Positions 35,635-38,538 of a stretch of 38,538 nucleotides of DNA are shown here, piece after piece. Under the pieces are notes generated by a model. That model was given only the letters and a program-made list of their open reading frames with translations. It was not told where the DNA came from and did no database searches. The position numbers and the translations under genes were made by a program. How positions within the stretch are numbered: position 1 is the first letter of the stretch; every line of letters starts with the position of its first letter. Location of the stretch: IMG/VR virus record IMGVR_UViG_3300020149_000046, positions 1 to 38,538 of that record, one strand, 5' to 3'. The stretch comes from a virus (taxonomy: Duplodnaviria; Caudoviricetes).

Positions 35635-35939
35635 TGCACTGGCCTCCGCCGCCGGCTGAGGCCCATCACGCAGGCGGTTGTTTTCAGGACATCGGGCGAT
35701 GTCCCGATCCGCTCGCTGATCTGGCGATAGGTCAGCCCCTGGCTGCGGAGCTTGCGGAGAGATCGGCGCATGTCCGATTCCCGCTTCGGTCTGGCCACCG
35801 CATAGCCGCCGTCGTACATCAATCGCGTGATATAGCTGACCTCCCGATCGAACAGGATGGCGATGTCCACCGCGTCGCAACCGAGCGAGACCAGTTCGCG
35901 TATCGCACAGATGCGGCGCAATGTGAGGAAGCCCTTCAT
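35631..35939 (-). CDS. Small double-HTH protein
   Basis: 'DIAILFDREVSYI' and 'QGLTYRQISERIGTS'. Confidence 0.65.
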   Translation of the reverse strand: MKGFLTLRRICAIRELVSLGCDAVDIAILFDREVSYITRLMYDGGYAVARPKRESDMRRSLRKLRSQGLTYRQISERIGTSPDVLKTTACVMGLSRRRRPVQ

Positions 35940-36427
35940 GACCGCCCTCCCGGCCGGCGCTGCACGTGCACCGGCTCAGCCGAAAGCTCGCGCTTGAGCG
36001 CGCGCATTTCGTCATCGAGCGCCTTGGATTGCTGCTGCATGAAACCGAGCTGCGCCAGCTTGGCTTCGCGCCCCTGCAGCACGACCAGCCCATCATCCTC
36101 GACCAGCATGTCCCAGAGCCACAGCGCCTTGGTGACGCGGACGAAAGCCACGAATTCCACCAGGTTGATCTGCCGGTCGGCCTTGCTGGGCGCCGTGAAC
36201 GTATAGAGCGTGTGGCCGGAGAGCCGCTGCCCGGTCATTTCGCTGATGCGCGCGGCGATGATCTCGGCGCTGTCCGGGCACTCCTTCAGCGCCTGACCGA
36301 GCCCCGTCTTGATGCGCAGCGACAGGTCCACCGGCCGCACCCGCTCAGCCGGCCGGCGCACCGGAAACAGCTCCTGGGTGCCAAACAGATCGCCCTGGCC
36401 CTCGGCCACTTTCAGCACCCGGCTCAT
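35936..36427 (-). CDS. Early regulatory/DNA-binding protein (CII-like)
   Basis: Start MSRVLKVAEGQGDLF; 'IAARISEMTGQRLSGHTLYTFTAPS'; upstream of transposase. Confidence 0.65.
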   Translation of the reverse strand: MSRVLKVAEGQGDLFGTQELFPVRRPAERVRPVDLSLRIKTGLGQALKECPDSAEIIAARISEMTGQRLSGHTLYTFTAPSKADRQINLVEFVAFVRVTKALWLWDMLVEDDGLVVLQGREAKLAQLGFMQQQSKALDDEMRALKRELSAEPVHVQRRPGGRS

Positions 36428-36684
36428 GGCGTACCATCCGCCAGCTTGCGCTGCGCTGCCGCGAGCCAATTGCTGAAAAGACCGACATAGCCGCCGGTGC
36501 TTGAGGCCGTAATCCCGGCCAGGGTCATGCGCATGGGCTCGCGGTCAACCGCGAAGCGGGCATCAAACCGTGTAGCCAGTTCTCGAGCGATACGCTGACC
36601 GGTCACCTTCTGTTGGCCATAGGTCCAGTCGCCCGCGTCATGCAGAGCCTTCACCGCTGCAATGATGGGGGCAAGGTCCGTCAT
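36424..36684 (-). CDS. Hypothetical protein (86 aa)
   Basis: ATGA coupling on both sides. Confidence 0.6.
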   Translation of the reverse strand: MTDLAPIIAAVKALHDAGDWTYGQQKVTGQRIARELATRFDARFAVDREPMRMTLAGITASSTGGYVGLFSNWLAAAQRKLADGTP

Positions 36685-37304
36685 TGCCCGCCCCGCTTGC
36701 GCCAGGCCGCGATTAACTGATCGGCCGCATCCCTATCGCACCCGATTTCATCCAGAAACCGCCGCCGCGCTTTGCTGCCCGCTCGTGTCCAGCCGTCGAA
36801 GAGGCGCGCAAAAGCAGCTTCTTCCGCATCCTGCTCGGCGCGCAGGCGTGCGCTCGCCATTGCGGCCTTGAACGACAGCTCCGGCTTGTCGCGCCAAACA
36901 CCAAACAGGGCCTGCCGCCCGTCGCTGTCGAGCGCGGCAACCGCCTTGAGCGCAGCCGCATTGTCATGGATAGCGCCGCCCCAAAGGGTGCGGATAGCAT
37001 CGACGCCCAGGCCCTCGGCTAGGGCCACATCAAGCTGGATGCTGCGCTCGCCCAGCCCTGTGGCTTCGGCCGCAATCGAACAAAACGAAATCTTTTCGGC
37101 TTGATCTTCTGCCCGGTAGCGGGCCGAACGACGGTCCCCGCCATGACGCGAAGCAGTAGCGCCACTCTCCCATGCCCGCTTCCAGACGTAAAGGGCCGTT
37201 GCGCGTTCCAATGCTTTGGGCGGCACAACCGCCAGGGCTTGGGGGATAGCCGCAATAGCGTCGCTGTCCGCGGCATCGAGCAGGGTCAACAGATCGCCCA
37301 GCAT
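36681..37304 (-). CDS. ParB-related HTH protein lacking the N-terminal ParB domain
   Basis: 'LERA..L..WKRAWE...RHGGDRRS...AAEATGLGERSIQ', 'WTRAGSKARRRFL'. Confidence 0.65.
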   Translation of the reverse strand: MLGDLLTLLDAADSDAIAAIPQALAVVPPKALERATALYVWKRAWESGATASRHGGDRRSARYRAEDQAEKISFCSIAAEATGLGERSIQLDVALAEGLGVDAIRTLWGGAIHDNAAALKAVAALDSDGRQALFGVWRDKPELSFKAAMASARLRAEQDAEEAAFARLFDGWTRAGSKARRRFLDEIGCDRDAADQLIAAWRKRGGQ

Positions 37305-37636
37305 CAGCGGACGCCTATCCGCTGCAAGGCAGCATCGATGCGCTGGTCGATCAATTCCATCAGCAGGTCGTTTGCTGGCGCGCTGGGCTCCGCGCTAAGG
37401 CGATAGCGCGCAGGAATGCCGGACTGCCGGAAGCGCAGAACCAGGCGGTTAAACGCATTGACGCTGATTTCACCGAGGCCAAGTCGCGCCAGTTCGCCGT
37501 TGAGCACGGCTAATGCGTCGCGCTGGGTTGCGCTGCCCCGGACGATGACTGCGTCCAACGCCGCTGCCACGGCTGCATCTGCCGCAGCTGGCAAGAGTTG
37601 GATGGTGGATGATCGCACCCGCCTAGCGCTGCTCAT
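37304..37636 (-). CDS. First early gene; resembles DUF3486 N-terminal domain
   Basis: 'RSSTIQLLPAAA...EISVNAFNR' aligns by eye with 'RLSSIELLPAEA...IPAFSSFHR' of 22554-23219. Confidence 0.65.
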   Translation of the reverse strand: MSSARRVRSSTIQLLPAAADAAVAAALDAVIVRGSATQRDALAVLNGELARLGLGEISVNAFNRLVLRFRQSGIPARYRLSAEPSAPANDLLMELIDQRIDAALQRIGVR

Positions 37637-37713
37637 GTCTAAAGCCGCCTTCCGATTTGACTCGACTCCGGCCGCAAGCCGGTGCGAAAACCCAGAGGGA
37701 AAATCCCAAGCAA

Positions 37714-37807
37714 TGACGCTTTATCCCGTCATATGCCGCGATTTCCCGTCAAACATAAGTGATTTGCCGTCAGTTGCGCAAGCGCCATTTGACGGCTTTT
37801 GCCGTCA
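37714..37807. promoter_or_regulatory. Operator array TGACG-N8-CGTCA
   Basis: Perfect sites 37714-37731 and 37790-37807, one-mismatch site 37734-37751, half site CGTCA 37768-37772. Confidence 0.75.
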
Positions 37808-38538
37808 TGCGGGAGGTGGTTCTGGTCCGTGAATTGAAAAGCTTTGGAGTTCCGGGCTTCAGCCTGCCTTTCCATGACCGCGTCGCCATGCTTGTGGAGA
37901 TGGTTGGAGGGCTGGTGGAGGCGGCGAAAATCGCCAAGGTTGACCGGGACACCATCAACAACTGGCGGAAGGAGGGTGCCCGTGTGCCTATCCTCGGTTT
38001 GCTGCCGCTGGCGATTGCGGCCCAGGTAACGCTCGACTGGATCGCTACCGGCTACCAGCAACGCCCGGACATCGAGGCGCTGGGGTGGAATCTCGGCATG
38101 AATGAAGCAAAGCCGGCTACCGGGCCGGCGCCTGGCTTCACCCAATTGTTGCCGTTGCGCCCCGAGCCGGTGAACGACGGGCGTACCCGGGTAGAGCGCT
38201 GGACGCCTTCCGAAATTGCCGTCAGCACGGCCTGGTTATCCAACCGGTTTGGTCTTACTGACGAAACGGCGCGCTACATGATTTTGGAAGAAAACGGCAT
38301 GGCGCCGGTGCTACCGGCGGGAACGATGGTCATGGTCGATAGTCGTTCTGGCCAGGAGCTGAAATCGGGAATCTACTTGCTTGAGGTCGGCGACGAGGTC
38401 ATGGCGCGCCGCCTATATGTGGGGCCGGATCGAAGCCTGTTCTTCGCGGCCGACGCTGACCCGAAATGGCGTTTCGGGGTACATCAGGGCACCGTGCAAG
38501 CCTGGCGCGTTGTCTGGTGGTGCTTCGCCTCAACCTAA
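37807..38538 (+). CDS. CI-like repressor (HTH plus degenerate S24 domain); start uncertain
   Basis: 'AAKIAKVDRDTINNW', 'VTLDWIATG'; C-terminal 'MAPVL..G.MVMVD...SGIYLL...RRL...RVVW'; divergent from early operon. Confidence 0.85.
   Translation: MREVVLVRELKSFGVPGFSLPFHDRVAMLVEMVGGLVEAAKIAKVDRDTINNWRKEGARVPILGLLPLAIAAQVTLDWIATGYQQRPDIEALGWNLGMNEAKPATGPAPGFTQLLPLRPEPVNDGRTRVERWTPSEIAVSTAWLSNRFGLTDETARYMILEENGMAPVLPAGTMVMVDSRSGQELKSGIYLLEVGDEVMARRLYVGPDRSLFFAADADPKWRFGVHQGTVQAWRVVWWCFAST

Larger units (their letters stand above)
1..38538. mobile_element. Mu-like transposable prophage/phage with siphovirus-type tail; ends not in window
   Basis: Repressor-MuA-MuB-Gam-GemA-Mor-lysis-gp25/26/27/28/29/30-I-T-gp35/36-G-tail order; tail tube without a sheath gene; tightly overlapping start/stop codons. 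Confidence 0.96.

Noticed and set aside
35635-36096. N-terminal extensions in the ORF track (transposase from 36096; also TipJ from 6986 and gp35 from 14678)
   Set aside because: They overlap better-supported upstream genes; family N-termini and start/stop coupling point to downstream starts
37791-37806. GACGGC-TTTT-GCCGTC as a terminator hairpin
   Set aside because: No U-tract follows, and it is the core of an operator palindrome
178-37832. Many long plus-strand ORFs (e.g. 178-1788, 3477-5405, 20601-22523, 28730-30262)
   Set aside because: Antisense shadows of high-GC coding genes; no recognisable motifs and fully overlapped by well-supported minus-strand genes

Overview
The window is a near-complete Mu-like transposable (pro)phage with a siphovirus-type tail, in high-GC DNA consistent with an alphaproteobacterial host (inference). 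A CI-like repressor lies on + at the right end and nearly everything else is on the minus strand. From right to left: early/transposition genes (MuA, MuB, Gam, a HerA-like ATPase, GemA, a DNA methyltransferase, a Mor/C-like activator), lysis, packaging, head, and tail genes through a tail spike. The phage termini are outside the window. The two strongest observations are non-coding. (1) An array of CCA-ending structured RNA units with a repeated GAATA leader, led by a degenerate tRNA-fMet, sits inside the head operon (13533-13877). (2) A compact tRNA-shaped element with its own sigma70-like promoter converges on the stop codon of a MuF gene that carries a putative RNase-toxin C-terminal domain (17693-17794). 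Also visible: a duplicated late-promoter motif, a repeated operator, a tail-chaperone -1 frameshift site, a HerA-like ATPase fused to five Myb/GcrA-like repeats, and a repressor with a degenerate S24 catalytic dyad. Protein calls come from motif recognition and synteny and RNA folds were done by eye; no searches were run.
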